From an uncultured Bacilli bacterium (GTDB lineage: Bacteria; Bacillota_I; Bacilli_A; RF39; UBA660), in assembly GCA_934086185.1 (NCBI GenBank), contig CAKOHW010000005.1, positions 23,576 to 87,575 of the forward strand: a stretch of DNA of 64,000 bases. Reading direction: 5' to 3'. Shown in pieces: positions 39,682-49,842 of the stretch. Position 1 is the first letter of the stretch; the number at the start of each line of letters is the position of its first letter. The notes beneath the pieces are model-generated. The model had not been told where the DNA came from. It did no database searches and saw nothing but the letters and a program-made list of their open reading frames with translations. The translations under genes were made by a program, and so were the position numbers.

Positions 39682-40701
39682 CTATTTTTCTATTTTTATA
39701 ATTATTTGATATAAATCTTCAAAATCATATTCTTCAGTTTCTATTGAAAAATCTTCTTTTTTAGATAAATTTACAATTTCTTTTAATGAATTAATTACAG
39801 AGTTAATATCTCCTTTTATTATTTTCTTTGTTTCTTTTTCTTCTTTGATAGGTTCTTTATTTATTTTTTCTTCTTCTGCAGTTGGTATATCAAATATTTC
39901 ATATTTATTTTCTAAATTCTTTTTAGAATCTACTATTAATTGAGCAATGTCATTTTCTGTACCTATATTTGATATAGGAGTTTCGCTACTATTTTGATTA
40001 TTATCATTAATATTTAATTGTTCAATTTGAGATAATAAATTATTTTCTTCTTCTAAAGAAATAAAATTATTAAATTTTCTATTTGACTCTTGTGGTGTAT
40101 TCATATTTTTTATTGCTGTATCTAATTGTCTTACTGTCATTCTATCATTTATTACTTTATTAAGCATTTCTTTTTGTTCTTCTGGATTTGTTAATTGTAA
40201 TAAACTTCTTGCATGTCTTTCTGATATTTTTTCTTTCATTAAAGCATCTTGTACTTCATCTGTTAATTTTAATAATCTTACTTTATTTGCAACTGTAGAT
40301 TGTGATATTCCCAATCTTTTTGCTAATTGTTCTTGAGTAACATATCCTCTTTTTAATAATGTTTCATACGATTTTGCTTCTTCCATTGCAGATAGATTTT
40401 TTCTTTGTAAATTTTCTACTAAAGCTACTTCTGCTGAAGTATTATCATCTAAGTCTGCTATGATTGCTGGCACTTCTTTTAATCCAGCCATTTGTGATGC
40501 TTTATATCTTCTTTCTCCTGCAATTATCTCATATTTATCTGGTGACAATCTTCTTAAAACTAAAGGTTGTATTATCCCTAATTCTTTTATTGATTGTGAT
40601 AATTCTTTTAATGCATTTTCATCAAAAGTTAATCTAGGTTGAAATCTGTTAGGTATTATATTTTCTATATTTATATATTGTACATTTTGTTCTAAATTCA
40701 T
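39682..40701 (-). CDS. noc: ParB-family nucleoid occlusion protein, Noc-type by specificity residues, with a long Lys/Glu-rich C-terminal extension
   Basis: PNRFQPR and GERRY motifs. The HTH region SQSTVANKVRLLKL...ISERHARSL matches Noc (Q/K/K/R) rather than Spo0J (R/T/A/G). The C-terminus EEYDFEDLYQIIIKIEK is Noc-like. Confidence 0.6.
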   Translation of the reverse strand: MNLEQNVQYINIENIIPNRFQPRLTFDENALKELSQSIKELGIIQPLVLRRLSPDKYEIIAGERRYKASQMAGLKEVPAIIADLDDNTSAEVALVENLQRKNLSAMEEAKSYETLLKRGYVTQEQLAKRLGISQSTVANKVRLLKLTDEVQDALMKEKISERHARSLLQLTNPEEQKEMLNKVINDRMTVRQLDTAIKNMNTPQESNRKFNNFISLEEENNLLSQIEQLNINDNNQNSSETPISNIGTENDIAQLIVDSKKNLENKYEIFDIPTAEEEKINKEPIKEEKETKKIIKGDINSVINSLKEIVNLSKKEDFSIETEEYDFEDLYQIIIKIEK

Positions 40702-40783
40702 ATACCCCTTCTCCTATTCTATATTTAATGATACTTTATTTTTACTTTTTTTTCAATAAAAAAGTGTATTTTTATATATACAT

Positions 40784-41485
40784 TTATAAAGGCTTTTTTA
40801 TAATATTATTATAATTTCTCGGATATTTTTTTTCTGTTTCCTTTAATTTTTCAATTATTACAAAGTTTCTCAATCCTAAAATATCTTTAGTTATACTTAT
40901 CGTGTTTATATATTTAGCTCCTAATATATTTATTCCATTCATACTTTCTTTTAATTCATTATCAATGGATGATTTCATTGCAATAAAGTATCCATTTAAT
41001 TTTACATATGGTATTGCAAGCTCATTTAATATATTTAAATTTTTTACAGCTCTTGCTGTGACTACATCAAAATATTCTCTTTTATTTTCTATATAATCTT
41101 CTGCACGTTTATTAATTATTACTACATCTTTTAAATCTAGTTCTTTTATTATATATTCACAAAATTTAGTTTTTTTGTTATTAGAGTCTAGTAAGGTTAA
41201 ATTTATGTGTGGATATAATATTTTTATAACTATACCTGGAAAACCAGCACCACAACCTATATCTAATAAATTAGTAACTTTATTAAAATCTATTGTTGTC
41301 GCAAGTAAAGCAGAGTCATAGAAATGTTTTAAATATACATCTTCTTTATTTGTTATTGCTGTAATATTTGTATGATTATTATACTCATTTAAAAATTTAT
41401 AATAGTTTTCAAATTGTTCCTTTTGTAAGGGATTTAATTCTATTTTTATTTCTTTTAATTTTTTATAAAATTCTTCTTTAGTCAT
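40784..41485 (-). CDS. rsmG: 16S rRNA (guanine527-N7)-methyltransferase
   Basis: GidB family, GCGAGFPG SAM motif. Confidence 0.8.
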   Translation of the reverse strand: MTKEEFYKKLKEIKIELNPLQKEQFENYYKFLNEYNNHTNITAITNKEDVYLKHFYDSALLATTIDFNKVTNLLDIGCGAGFPGIVIKILYPHINLTLLDSNNKKTKFCEYIIKELDLKDVVIINKRAEDYIENKREYFDVVTARAVKNLNILNELAIPYVKLNGYFIAMKSSIDNELKESMNGINILGAKYINTISITKDILGLRNFVIIEKLKETEKKYPRNYNNIIKKPL

Positions 41486-43349
41486 TTTTACTATATTCCT
41501 TTTTTAAATATATTGCTAATATTGATAAATCAGCTGGATTTACTCCACTTATTCTTGCTGCTTGTGCCATTGTTTCTGGGTTTATTTGTTTTAATTTTTG
41601 ACGTGCTTCGCTTGCTAAATTATATACTTTATCATAGTCAATATCTTTTGGTATTTGTTTAGATTCTAGCTTTAATAACTTCTCTACTTCTTTTAATTCT
41701 TTTTTTATATACCCCTCGTACTTTATTAATATTTCAACTTGATTATATACTTCGATATCATATTTTTTTTCTATTATTTTTTCATTTAAAAGCAAATTTA
41801 TAGTAATTTCTGGTCTTTTAATAAATGAATATAAATCAGTACTACTTTCTAATTTATTTATTTTTAATGTATCTAATATTTTATAAGTAATGTTTTTGTT
41901 AGTAATTTTTTCTTGTTTTAATTCATCTATCATTTTTTCTATGTTTTCCTCTTTAGTTTTTAATTTTTTATATTTTTCTTCTGAAATAAGTCCTGCTTCA
42001 TACCCATATTTTCTTAATCTTAAATCTGCATTATCATGTCTTAATAATAATCTAAATTCTGCACGACTTGTAAGCATTCTATATGGTTCTTTTGTTCCTT
42101 TTGTTACTAAGTCATCAATTAATACGCCGATATATGATTCATTTCTTTTTAAAATTAAAGGCTTTTTATTATCTATTTTATAGACAGCGTTTATTCCGGC
42201 AATAATTCCTTGGCCCGCTGCTTCTTCATATCCACTTGTTCCATTAATTTGACCAGCGGTGAATAAATTTTCTATTACTTTTGTTTCTAAAGATGGTTTT
42301 AATTGAAGTGGGTTTATTGCATCATATTCAATAGCATATGCGTATTTTAATATTTTTGCATTTTCTAATCCTTTTAAACTATGTACCATTTCTTCTTGAA
42401 CATCTATTGGCATACTTGTAGAAAAACCTTGTAAGTATAAATCGTCATAATATAAGCTTTCTGGTTCTAAAAATAATTGATGTTTTTCTTTATCTTTAAA
42501 TCGTACAATTTTATCTTCTATAGATGGGCAATATCTTGGACCTATTCCTTCTGCATATCCACCATACATTGCACTTCGATTTAAATTATTTTTTATGATA
42601 TTATGAGTATTTTCATTTGTGTAGACTAAATAACATTTTTCTTGTTTGTTAATATCGTAAAAAATTTCATTTTCACAATTAAAAGTTAGATACTCCATAT
42701 CACCTGTTTCAGGTTTTAAAACACTGAAATCTACAGTATTTTTATCTATTCTTTGTGGTGTTCCAGTTTTTAATCTTAAAATATCAAAACCTAATTCTTT
42801 TAATTTTGTACTTAAGAATTTTGATCTTCTTTCACCATGTGGACCTTCTAATTTGTTTGTATCTCCTACTAAGATTTTACTTTTTAAATATGTTCCTGTT
42901 GTTAAAATTAAAGCATCGCATAAATATTCTTGTCCATTTTCTAGAATAATACCTTTAATTGTTTTATCCTTTACTATTAAATTTTCTACCATTCCTTCTA
43001 TTATTGTTAAATTTTTTGTTTCTTTTAAGGCTTTTAACATATTTTTTGGATACGTTATTTTATCAGCTTGAGCTCGCAATGAACGAACTGCTGGACCTTT
43101 ACCATTATTTAACATTTTTATTTGAATGTGGCTTTTGTCTGCAACTATTCCCATTAAACCGCCTAAAGCATCTATGTCTCTTACAATAATTCCTTTTGCC
43201 GTTCCTCCTATTGAAGGATTACAAGGCATATCACCTATATTATTAATGTTCGAAGTTATTAAGGCAACTTTTTTACCCATAGTTGCCACTGCATGTGAAG
43301 CTTCACAACCTGCATGTCCTCCACCTACTACTATTACATCATATTTCAT
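41478..43349 (-). CDS. mnmG: tRNA uridine 5-carboxymethylaminomethyl modification enzyme MnmG
   Basis: FAD-binding VIVVGGGHAGCEA N-terminus. Length 623 aa. Confidence 0.85.
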   Translation of the reverse strand: MKYDVIVVGGGHAGCEASHAVATMGKKVALITSNINNIGDMPCNPSIGGTAKGIIVRDIDALGGLMGIVADKSHIQIKMLNNGKGPAVRSLRAQADKITYPKNMLKALKETKNLTIIEGMVENLIVKDKTIKGIILENGQEYLCDALILTTGTYLKSKILVGDTNKLEGPHGERRSKFLSTKLKELGFDILRLKTGTPQRIDKNTVDFSVLKPETGDMEYLTFNCENEIFYDINKQEKCYLVYTNENTHNIIKNNLNRSAMYGGYAEGIGPRYCPSIEDKIVRFKDKEKHQLFLEPESLYYDDLYLQGFSTSMPIDVQEEMVHSLKGLENAKILKYAYAIEYDAINPLQLKPSLETKVIENLFTAGQINGTSGYEEAAGQGIIAGINAVYKIDNKKPLILKRNESYIGVLIDDLVTKGTKEPYRMLTSRAEFRLLLRHDNADLRLRKYGYEAGLISEEKYKKLKTKEENIEKMIDELKQEKITNKNITYKILDTLKINKLESSTDLYSFIKRPEITINLLLNEKIIEKKYDIEVYNQVEILIKYEGYIKKELKEVEKLLKLESKQIPKDIDYDKVYNLASEARQKLKQINPETMAQAARISGVNPADLSILAIYLKKEYSKND

Positions 43350-43357
43350 TTTATCAC

Positions 43358-44713
43358 CTATTTTCCTAAACAGAAATTTGCAAATATTTCATCTAACAAT
43401 TCATCTTTATATGTTTCACCTATAATTTCACCTAATAAATCATAGCATTCTTTTATATCAATTGAAAGTAAATCTATTTCTACATTGTTATCGATTTCAG
43501 ATAAACAATTTTCTAAACTCATGATTGCTTTTTTAACTATTGATATTTGTCTTGAATTTGACAAATAATTTGCATTATTATTTTCTAATTTTTCTAAATT
43601 AAACATTTCAACTATTTTTGATTTTAATTCATTTAGATTTTTATAATTTTTAGTATTTCCTTTTACAATGTTTTTACAATTTATTTTAGATAAATCTATT
43701 TTGCTTTCTAAATCATTTTTATTTATATATACAATTAGATTTTTATTAGTTAATTTATTTATTAATTCTATTTCTTCTGTACTAATCTTTTCGTTATTAT
43801 TTAATACTAATATAACTAAATTTGATTTTTCAATTATTTCTTTACTTTTGTTTACACCTATTTGTTCTACAATATCATCTGTATTTCTTATTCCAGCAGT
43901 ATCAACTAAATTTAATACAATTCCATTCAATACGATTTTTCCTTCTACAATATCTCTAGTTGTACCAGCTACGTTGGTTACTATTGCTTTTTCTTCTTCT
44001 AACAATGTATTTAATAAACTACTTTTTCCTACATTAGGTTTACCTACTATTGCTACATCTATTCCATTTTTTATTATCTTTCCATCTTGTGATTCTTTTA
44101 ATAATTTTTCTAAATCATCTTTTATACTTATTATTTTTGGTTTTATCAAAGTATTTGTTAATACAATTGCATCTTCATATTCTGGATAATCAATATTTAC
44201 TTCAATATTAGCACTTATTGATACTAATTTTTTTCTTATTTCATTTATCATTTGTGTAATATTTCCTGTAAGTCCATTTATTGATAGTTTTCTACTTTTA
44301 TCAGTTTCAGAATTCAACAAATCCCCTACTGCTTCTGCTTCTATTAAATCTATTCTTCCATTTAAAAATGCTCTTTTTGTAAATTCTCCTGGTTCTGCTA
44401 ATCTACAACCATTTAATAATAAAATTTCTAAGATTTTATTTGTTGTTGATATTCCACCATGACAATTTATTTCTACTACATCTTCTTTTGTATAAGTTTT
44501 TGGTGCCTTCATAATAGATACTAATACTTCGTCTATAATTTCTGTTCCATCAATTATATAACCATAATTTATTGTATGACTGTCAACTTTTGTCAAATCT
44601 TTTCCTTTAAATATTTTATTAGAAATTTCAATTGATTTATCTCCTGATAATCTAATTATTGATATTGCACCTACTCCTAAAGTTGTAGATATTGCACAAA
44701 TTGTATCAAACAT
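43358..44713 (-). CDS. mnmE: tRNA modification GTPase MnmE
   Basis: G-domain GKPNVGKSS, C-terminal ...CLGK. Confidence 0.85.
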   Translation of the reverse strand: MFDTICAISTTLGVGAISIIRLSGDKSIEISNKIFKGKDLTKVDSHTINYGYIIDGTEIIDEVLVSIMKAPKTYTKEDVVEINCHGGISTTNKILEILLLNGCRLAEPGEFTKRAFLNGRIDLIEAEAVGDLLNSETDKSRKLSINGLTGNITQMINEIRKKLVSISANIEVNIDYPEYEDAIVLTNTLIKPKIISIKDDLEKLLKESQDGKIIKNGIDVAIVGKPNVGKSSLLNTLLEEEKAIVTNVAGTTRDIVEGKIVLNGIVLNLVDTAGIRNTDDIVEQIGVNKSKEIIEKSNLVILVLNNNEKISTEEIELINKLTNKNLIVYINKNDLESKIDLSKINCKNIVKGNTKNYKNLNELKSKIVEMFNLEKLENNNANYLSNSRQISIVKKAIMSLENCLSEIDNNVEIDLLSIDIKECYDLLGEIIGETYKDELLDEIFANFCLGK

Positions 44714-44750
44714 AGTACATCACTCCAGAATGTATTATAGCACAAAAATT

Positions 44751-44764
44751 ATTTCCCGGGAAAT
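44751..44764. promoter_or_regulatory. Perfect Noc-binding-site-type palindrome ATTTCCCGGGAAAT (within AATTATTTCCCGGGAAATAATT) overlapping the -35 region of the mnmE promoter
   Basis: Exact match to the Bacillus NBS consensus. On the minus strand a TGcTATAAT extended -10 lies about 12 nt downstream. Confidence 0.55.
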
Positions 44765-44773
44765 AATTTTACG

Positions 44774-44811
44774 TAAAATAAAACTGTCACTTTTGATTTG
44801 ACAGTTTTTTT
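44774..44811 (-). terminator. jag terminator (bidirectional hairpin)
   Basis: ACTGTCA / TGACAGT stem flanked by an A-tract and a T-tract. Confidence 0.6.
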
Positions 44812-44812
44812 A

Positions 44813-45418
44813 CTATTTTAATTTAATTATAATATGTCTATTAGGTTCTTCACCTTCGCTTATTGTAATAACTTTATTATTATCACTTAAAGCATTATGT
44901 ATTATTCTTCTTTCATAAGAATTCATATTGTCTAGTTTTACTTCCATTTTTGTATTTACAACTTCTCTAGCAGTTCTCTTTGCTAAACTAATTAAATGTT
45001 TTTCTTGTTTTTCTTTATAATCCTCTACATCTAATAAAATATGTGGATAAATCTTATATTGATTACTTAACATTTGTTTTACTAATGTTGTTAATGATGA
45101 TAATGTTTTTCCTTCTTTTCCAATTAATATAGAATTTTTATCACTATACATTTTTATGTAAATTTGATTATCTCTTATTTTTGATTCAAAAGTTACATTT
45201 ACACCCATTAATTTTGTTATATCATTTAAATATAATTTTATATACTCTTGAATATTTTTTAAAGTGTAAACCTTAATTTTATAACTTGTTTTCTTTAATA
45301 ATGAACCTTTTATTTCTTCTGTTGTTATAATTACGTCTTCTTTTTTTAAATCTAGTTCTTTTATACTATTTTCTTTTAATTCTTCTAAATTTTTTCCTTC
45401 AAATTCAAATACTTCCAT
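44813..45418 (-). CDS. jag: RNA-binding protein Jag/KhpB (KH plus R3H)
   Basis: Position downstream of yidC. Size 201 aa. Confidence 0.7.
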   Translation of the reverse strand: MEVFEFEGKNLEELKENSIKELDLKKEDVIITTEEIKGSLLKKTSYKIKVYTLKNIQEYIKLYLNDITKLMGVNVTFESKIRDNQIYIKMYSDKNSILIGKEGKTLSSLTTLVKQMLSNQYKIYPHILLDVEDYKEKQEKHLISLAKRTAREVVNTKMEVKLDNMNSYERRIIHNALSDNNKVITISEGEEPNRHIIIKLK

Positions 45419-45424
45419 AAGACT

Positions 45425-46363
45425 CTAACTCCTTTTTTTGAATATTAATGTTTGTATAACACTAAATCCGTTTGTTACTACCCAATATAATGCAATTGCC
45501 GTTGGTAAACTTAATGATGCTACTGAAATAAATATCAACATAAATTTAGTCATAAATTGCATTTGTTGTTGTTGTTCAGAACTTCCTGTATTTGTCATAC
45601 TAAGTTTAAATGAAAAATATGTTGTAACTATTATTAATGCTATTATTAATATGTAAAGGTAATTTCCAGATTTTATTCCAACTAATGGTGTCGTTCCTAA
45701 TTGTAAACTAAACAATTTTTCTTCAAATATTGCTGGTACTCTGTTTATTGCTTCTAGAAAAGCAAAGAATAATGGTAATTGTAAAAATGAAACTAAACAT
45801 CCACCTAATGGGTTAATATTATACTTTTTGTAAATTAACATTGTTTCTTGGCTTTTCTTCATCATTGAATCAGAATCTGTCTTATCTTTATATTTCTTTT
45901 CCAATTTTTCTATTTCAGGTTGAGCTTTTTTCATATTTTCAGATTGTTTTATAGTTTTCAATGTTAAAGGCATCATTATAATTCTTAATGCTAAACCAAT
46001 TAGCATAACTGAAATACCATAATTTTTTACTAATAATCCTAATTTTATTATTAGCCAAGCGATTGGCATTACAAATATTTGTACCCACAATCCGTTATAA
46101 GTTTTTTTGTTATATATTTTCATTTCACTACATTTTGGTAAGTCTTTTAATTTTACTTCCATATTTTTGGAATATTTATTATATATTTCTAAAAGTTCTT
46201 TTTCTTCTGGTTGACATAATATATTTGATGTAAGACTTTGACCTGTTTTCTCGTTTGTAATTCTTTTTTTATTATCATCACTTAAATATTTTGTACATCC
46301 TGTTGTTAAAGACAATAATAATAATAATAAAATTATTATTTTAGTACTTTTTTTTCTCTTCAT
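45425..46363 (-). CDS. yidC: Membrane protein insertase YidC/SpoIIIJ (lipoprotein-type)
   Basis: Lipobox LTTGC. Conserved YidC TM core. Confidence 0.8.
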   Translation of the reverse strand: MKRKKSTKIIILLLLLLSLTTGCTKYLSDDNKKRITNEKTGQSLTSNILCQPEEKELLEIYNKYSKNMEVKLKDLPKCSEMKIYNKKTYNGLWVQIFVMPIAWLIIKLGLLVKNYGISVMLIGLALRIIMMPLTLKTIKQSENMKKAQPEIEKLEKKYKDKTDSDSMMKKSQETMLIYKKYNINPLGGCLVSFLQLPLFFAFLEAINRVPAIFEEKLFSLQLGTTPLVGIKSGNYLYILIIALIIVTTYFSFKLSMTNTGSSEQQQQMQFMTKFMLIFISVASLSLPTAIALYWVVTNGFSVIQTLIFKKRS

Positions 46364-46686
46364 ATATTCTCCTTTAATTTTTTTTCCAATTTTTCTAACC
46401 TATTTTGAAAAGTTGATTCCAAACAACCCTTCCTTATCATTATAATATAATCTTGATTATTTTTAAATAAATAATTTAACTGATCAATAATTTCCCTTGT
46501 TTGTCTTTTTAATTTATTTCTAATATATGCTTTACCAATTTTATTACTTATTGCTATACCAAATCTTTTTTTATTAAGATTATTTTCCTTATAATATATA
46601 ACATAGTCATTTGTTTTTATAAATTTTGAAGTTTTTATTAATGTTGAAAATTCTTGTTTTGATTTAATCATGTCTTTTTTCTTCAT
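46360..46686 (-). CDS. rnpA: RNase P protein component
   Basis: Position between rpmH and yidC. Basic 108-aa protein. Confidence 0.8.
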   Translation of the reverse strand: MKKKDMIKSKQEFSTLIKTSKFIKTNDYVIYYKENNLNKKRFGIAISNKIGKAYIRNKLKRQTREIIDQLNYLFKNNQDYIIMIRKGCLESTFQNRLEKLEKKLKENI

Positions 46687-46724
46687 AATATTCTCCTATA
46701 GATAAAAAACCACAAAATTGTGGT

Positions 46725-46847
46725 TTACTTACATAAAACTTTACGTCCCTTTTTTCTTCTTGATTTTAAAATATTCGTTTCTTTACGTGCAAAAAATCCA
46801 TGTTTTTTACTTTTTTTACGATTATTTGGTTGATAAGTTCTCTTCAT
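46725..46847 (-). CDS. rpmH: 50S ribosomal protein L34
   Basis: Manual translation gives [40 protein letters not shown]. Not in the ORF track because it is shorter than 60 aa. Confidence 0.9.
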   Translation of the reverse strand: MKRTYQPNNRKKSKKHGFFARKETNILKSRRKKGRKVLCK

Positions 46848-47159
46848 AATTGCACCTCCACCTCTTTTAAGCCTTTTTATTGTATTATATTTTTTATATT
46901 AAGTCAATTAATTTTTTTATTTTTTTTATTTTTATTTTTCCACGTTGAAATGTTAATAAAAAAAATTGGTGTGGAAACTAAATTGTGGAAATTGTTGATA
47001 AGTATATTTTTATTAGATTTTATCTAACTTTTTATGTTGATAATTATGTGGATATTCTGTTAATTTCTTAAATTTTTAAAATTCGTACTTTATTTTTAAA
47101 CAAAAGTGTTTTAAAATATTCTTAGTTATGAAAGATATTCTTGAGAGCGGGGTGGTTTT
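46848..47159. other. oriC: oriC, rpmH-dnaA intergenic DnaA-box cluster
   Basis: Degenerate DnaA boxes TTTTCCACG (46936-44), TGTGGAAAC (46970-78), TGTGGAAAT (46984-92), TGTGGATAT (47047-55) and TATGGATAA at the dnaA start. Extremely AT-rich. Confidence 0.7.
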
Positions 47160-48503
47160 ATGGATAATTTTTCTTGGGATGATTTTTTGAATATTATAAA
47201 ATCTAAGCTATCAAGTGTTTCATATGATACTTGGTTTAAAGATACTAAGCTTGCTAAAATTACTAATGATGAAGTATTTATTGAAGTACCAATGAGTTTT
47301 CATAAGGATTTTTTAAGTAAAACATATTATGAACTTATCGATAATATAATATTTCAGTTAACTAATAAAAATTATAATATTAATTTTGTTATTGAAGATG
47401 AATTAAATGATAAAACTAATTTAGTTTCTTTAGAAAAAGATGATATAAAAAAGAAAAATTTTCAATCTAACTTAAATCCTAAATATACTTTTGATAATTA
47501 TGTAATAGGTGATAGTAATAGATTTGCGCAAACTGCTGCAGTTGCTGTTGCAGAACAACCTGGTAAAGTTTATAATCCACTTTTTATACATGGTAAAAGT
47601 GGATTAGGAAAAACTCATTTGATGCATGCAATTGGTAATTATATTGTTGAAAATTCTGATAAAAATGTTTTATATGTTACAAGTGATAAATTTATATCTG
47701 ATTTTATAGGTATTAATAAAAAAGATACAGATAATTATGATGTTATTGATCATTTTAAAGAAAAATATAGAAATATAGATGTTTTAATTATTGATGATAT
47801 TCAATTTTTAGGTGGTGCAGAAAAAACTCAACAAGAATTTTTTCATACATTTAATACTTTGTATGATTCAAATAAGCAAATTATTATTAGTTCTGATAGA
47901 TCTCCAGATGATTTAAAACTATTAGAAGATAGATTAAGAACTAGGTTTAGATGGGGTTTAACAGCAAATATATTTCCTCCAGATTTTGATTTAAGATGTA
48001 AAATTTTGAAAGATAAAATGTCTGGTCATGAAGTTGCTAAACTTGTAAAAAATGAAGTTATAGAATACATTGCTAATAATTGTGAAAGTGATGTTAGACA
48101 TTTAGAAGGTGCAATTACAAGACTTTATGCTTATGCAGCTATGTATAGTCCCACTGAAATTAATTTAGAGTTTGCTACTGAAGCATTAAGAGATTATTTA
48201 AGTAAATCAGTATATTCAACAAATAATATTGTTAAAATTCAAAAAGCAGTTGCTGACTACTTTAATATAACAGTGGAAAATTTAAAGAGTAAAAAAAGAA
48301 CTGCTAATATTAATAATGCTAGACAAATAGCTATATATATATGTAGGATGACGACTGAAGAAACAACAACCCGTATTGGTTTAGAGTTTGGAAATCGAGA
48401 TCATTCAACAGTATTACATGCTATTGAAAAAGTTAGCAAAGATATTAAAAATGATGAAGAATTAAAAAATCAAATATCTGAAATAAAGGAAAAGATTTCA
48501 TAA
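47160..48503 (+). CDS. dnaA: Chromosomal replication initiator DnaA
   Basis: AAA+ GKSGLGKTHL motif. C-terminal DnaA-box binding domain. Confidence 0.9.
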   Translation: MDNFSWDDFLNIIKSKLSSVSYDTWFKDTKLAKITNDEVFIEVPMSFHKDFLSKTYYELIDNIIFQLTNKNYNINFVIEDELNDKTNLVSLEKDDIKKKNFQSNLNPKYTFDNYVIGDSNRFAQTAAVAVAEQPGKVYNPLFIHGKSGLGKTHLMHAIGNYIVENSDKNVLYVTSDKFISDFIGINKKDTDNYDVIDHFKEKYRNIDVLIIDDIQFLGGAEKTQQEFFHTFNTLYDSNKQIIISSDRSPDDLKLLEDRLRTRFRWGLTANIFPPDFDLRCKILKDKMSGHEVAKLVKNEVIEYIANNCESDVRHLEGAITRLYAYAAMYSPTEINLEFATEALRDYLSKSVYSTNNIVKIQKAVADYFNITVENLKSKKRTANINNARQIAIYICRMTTEETTTRIGLEFGNRDHSTVLHAIEKVSKDIKNDEELKNQISEIKEKIS

Positions 48504-48626
48504 TTGTGTATAAGTTTATAATTATTAACATTAGTTTTTCGGGATATATCTTAATAAAATATACTTATTAACAATTTGAACATATATAATAATAATAAGT
48601 TAATAAATAGAAAGAAGGAATAAATA
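48504..48626. other. dnaA-dnaN intergenic AT-rich region (candidate DNA unwinding element)
   Basis: 123 bp, almost entirely A/T. Position is conserved in Firmicutes oriC. Confidence 0.45.
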
Positions 48627-49745
48627 ATGAAATTAACAATTAATAAAAATATATTATTAGAAAGTTTAGTAAATGTTGTAAGAGCAATTTCTCCAAAAAA
48701 TATAATTCCTATATTAAACGGTATTAAATTTGAGTTAAGTAATGATGGGTTGAATTTAGTTGCTAGTGATAGTGATTTAACTATTAAAAGTTTTATACCT
48801 AAAGAAGATATTATATCAATTGATGAAGTAGGAACTATAATTATACAAAGTAAATATATTATAGATATTATTAGAAAGTTACCAAGTGAAGAAATAAATA
48901 TAGAAGTAATAGATGGTTTAAAGATTAGAATTTATACTGATAGTAGTCAATATAATTTAAATTGTTTAAATACTGAAGATTATCCACCAATTATTTTAGA
49001 AGATTCTAAGAATCCAATTATAATGAATGGTGGAATTGTAAAAGATATGATAAAACAGACAATTTTTGCTGCTTCTTTACAAGAATCTAGACCTTTATTA
49101 ACTGGTTTAAATATATCTATAAATAAAAATATAATGGAGGTTGTTGCAACAGATTCATATCGTTTAGCTAAAAAGACTATAAAATTAGATGTGGAATACC
49201 CAGAAGTTATTAACATTGTTATACCTGGAAAAAATATTAATGAATTTGATAAGATAATTACTGATGAAGAAAACGTTGAATTACATATATTCTCAAATAA
49301 AATATTGTTTAAATATAAGAATATAATATTTCAATCTAGTTTATTAAATGGTAATTATCCTAATACTTCTAATTTAATACCTAAAGATTTTGAAATTATT
49401 ATAAAAGCAAATTTAGATAATTATTATTCAAGTATCGATAGAGCAGCATTATTAACTCAAAGTAAAGATAAAAATATTGTTAGAATGGAAACTAATAGTA
49501 ATGAATTAAATGTATCCAGTTTTGCTTCTGAAATTGGTAAAGTTGAAGATAGAATTAGTATTGATAAAAATACAGATAAAGATATTGCTATATCATTTAG
49601 TTCAAAATATATGCTTGATGCTTTAAAAACATTTACTGATGAGGAATTATTAATATTATTAAATAATGATTCATCTCCAATAATTTTAAAATCTGTAAAT
49701 GATGAAAGTTTGATACAACTAATTTTACCTATAAAAACTTATTAG
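48627..49745 (+). CDS. dnaN: DNA polymerase III beta sliding clamp
   Basis: 372 aa, follows dnaA. Confidence 0.9.
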   Translation: MKLTINKNILLESLVNVVRAISPKNIIPILNGIKFELSNDGLNLVASDSDLTIKSFIPKEDIISIDEVGTIIIQSKYIIDIIRKLPSEEINIEVIDGLKIRIYTDSSQYNLNCLNTEDYPPIILEDSKNPIIMNGGIVKDMIKQTIFAASLQESRPLLTGLNISINKNIMEVVATDSYRLAKKTIKLDVEYPEVINIVIPGKNINEFDKIITDEENVELHIFSNKILFKYKNIIFQSSLLNGNYPNTSNLIPKDFEIIIKANLDNYYSSIDRAALLTQSKDKNIVRMETNSNELNVSSFASEIGKVEDRISIDKNTDKDIAISFSSKYMLDALKTFTDEELLILLNNDSSPIILKSVNDESLIQLILPIKTY

Positions 49746-49774
49746 AACTTAAAAAGTTCTTTTTTTGTGGATAA
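49744..49774 (+). terminator. dnaN terminator hairpin, immediately followed by a consensus DnaA box TGTGGATAA (49766-49774)
   Basis: AGAACTT-aaa-AAGTTCT plus T6, then TGTGGATAA. Confidence 0.6.
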
Positions 49775-49842
49775 TATTACAATTTTCAACATTTTTTTTA
49801 AATAATAAGTGTTATAAGGGTTTCATCAGGAGGTGAAGGTTA

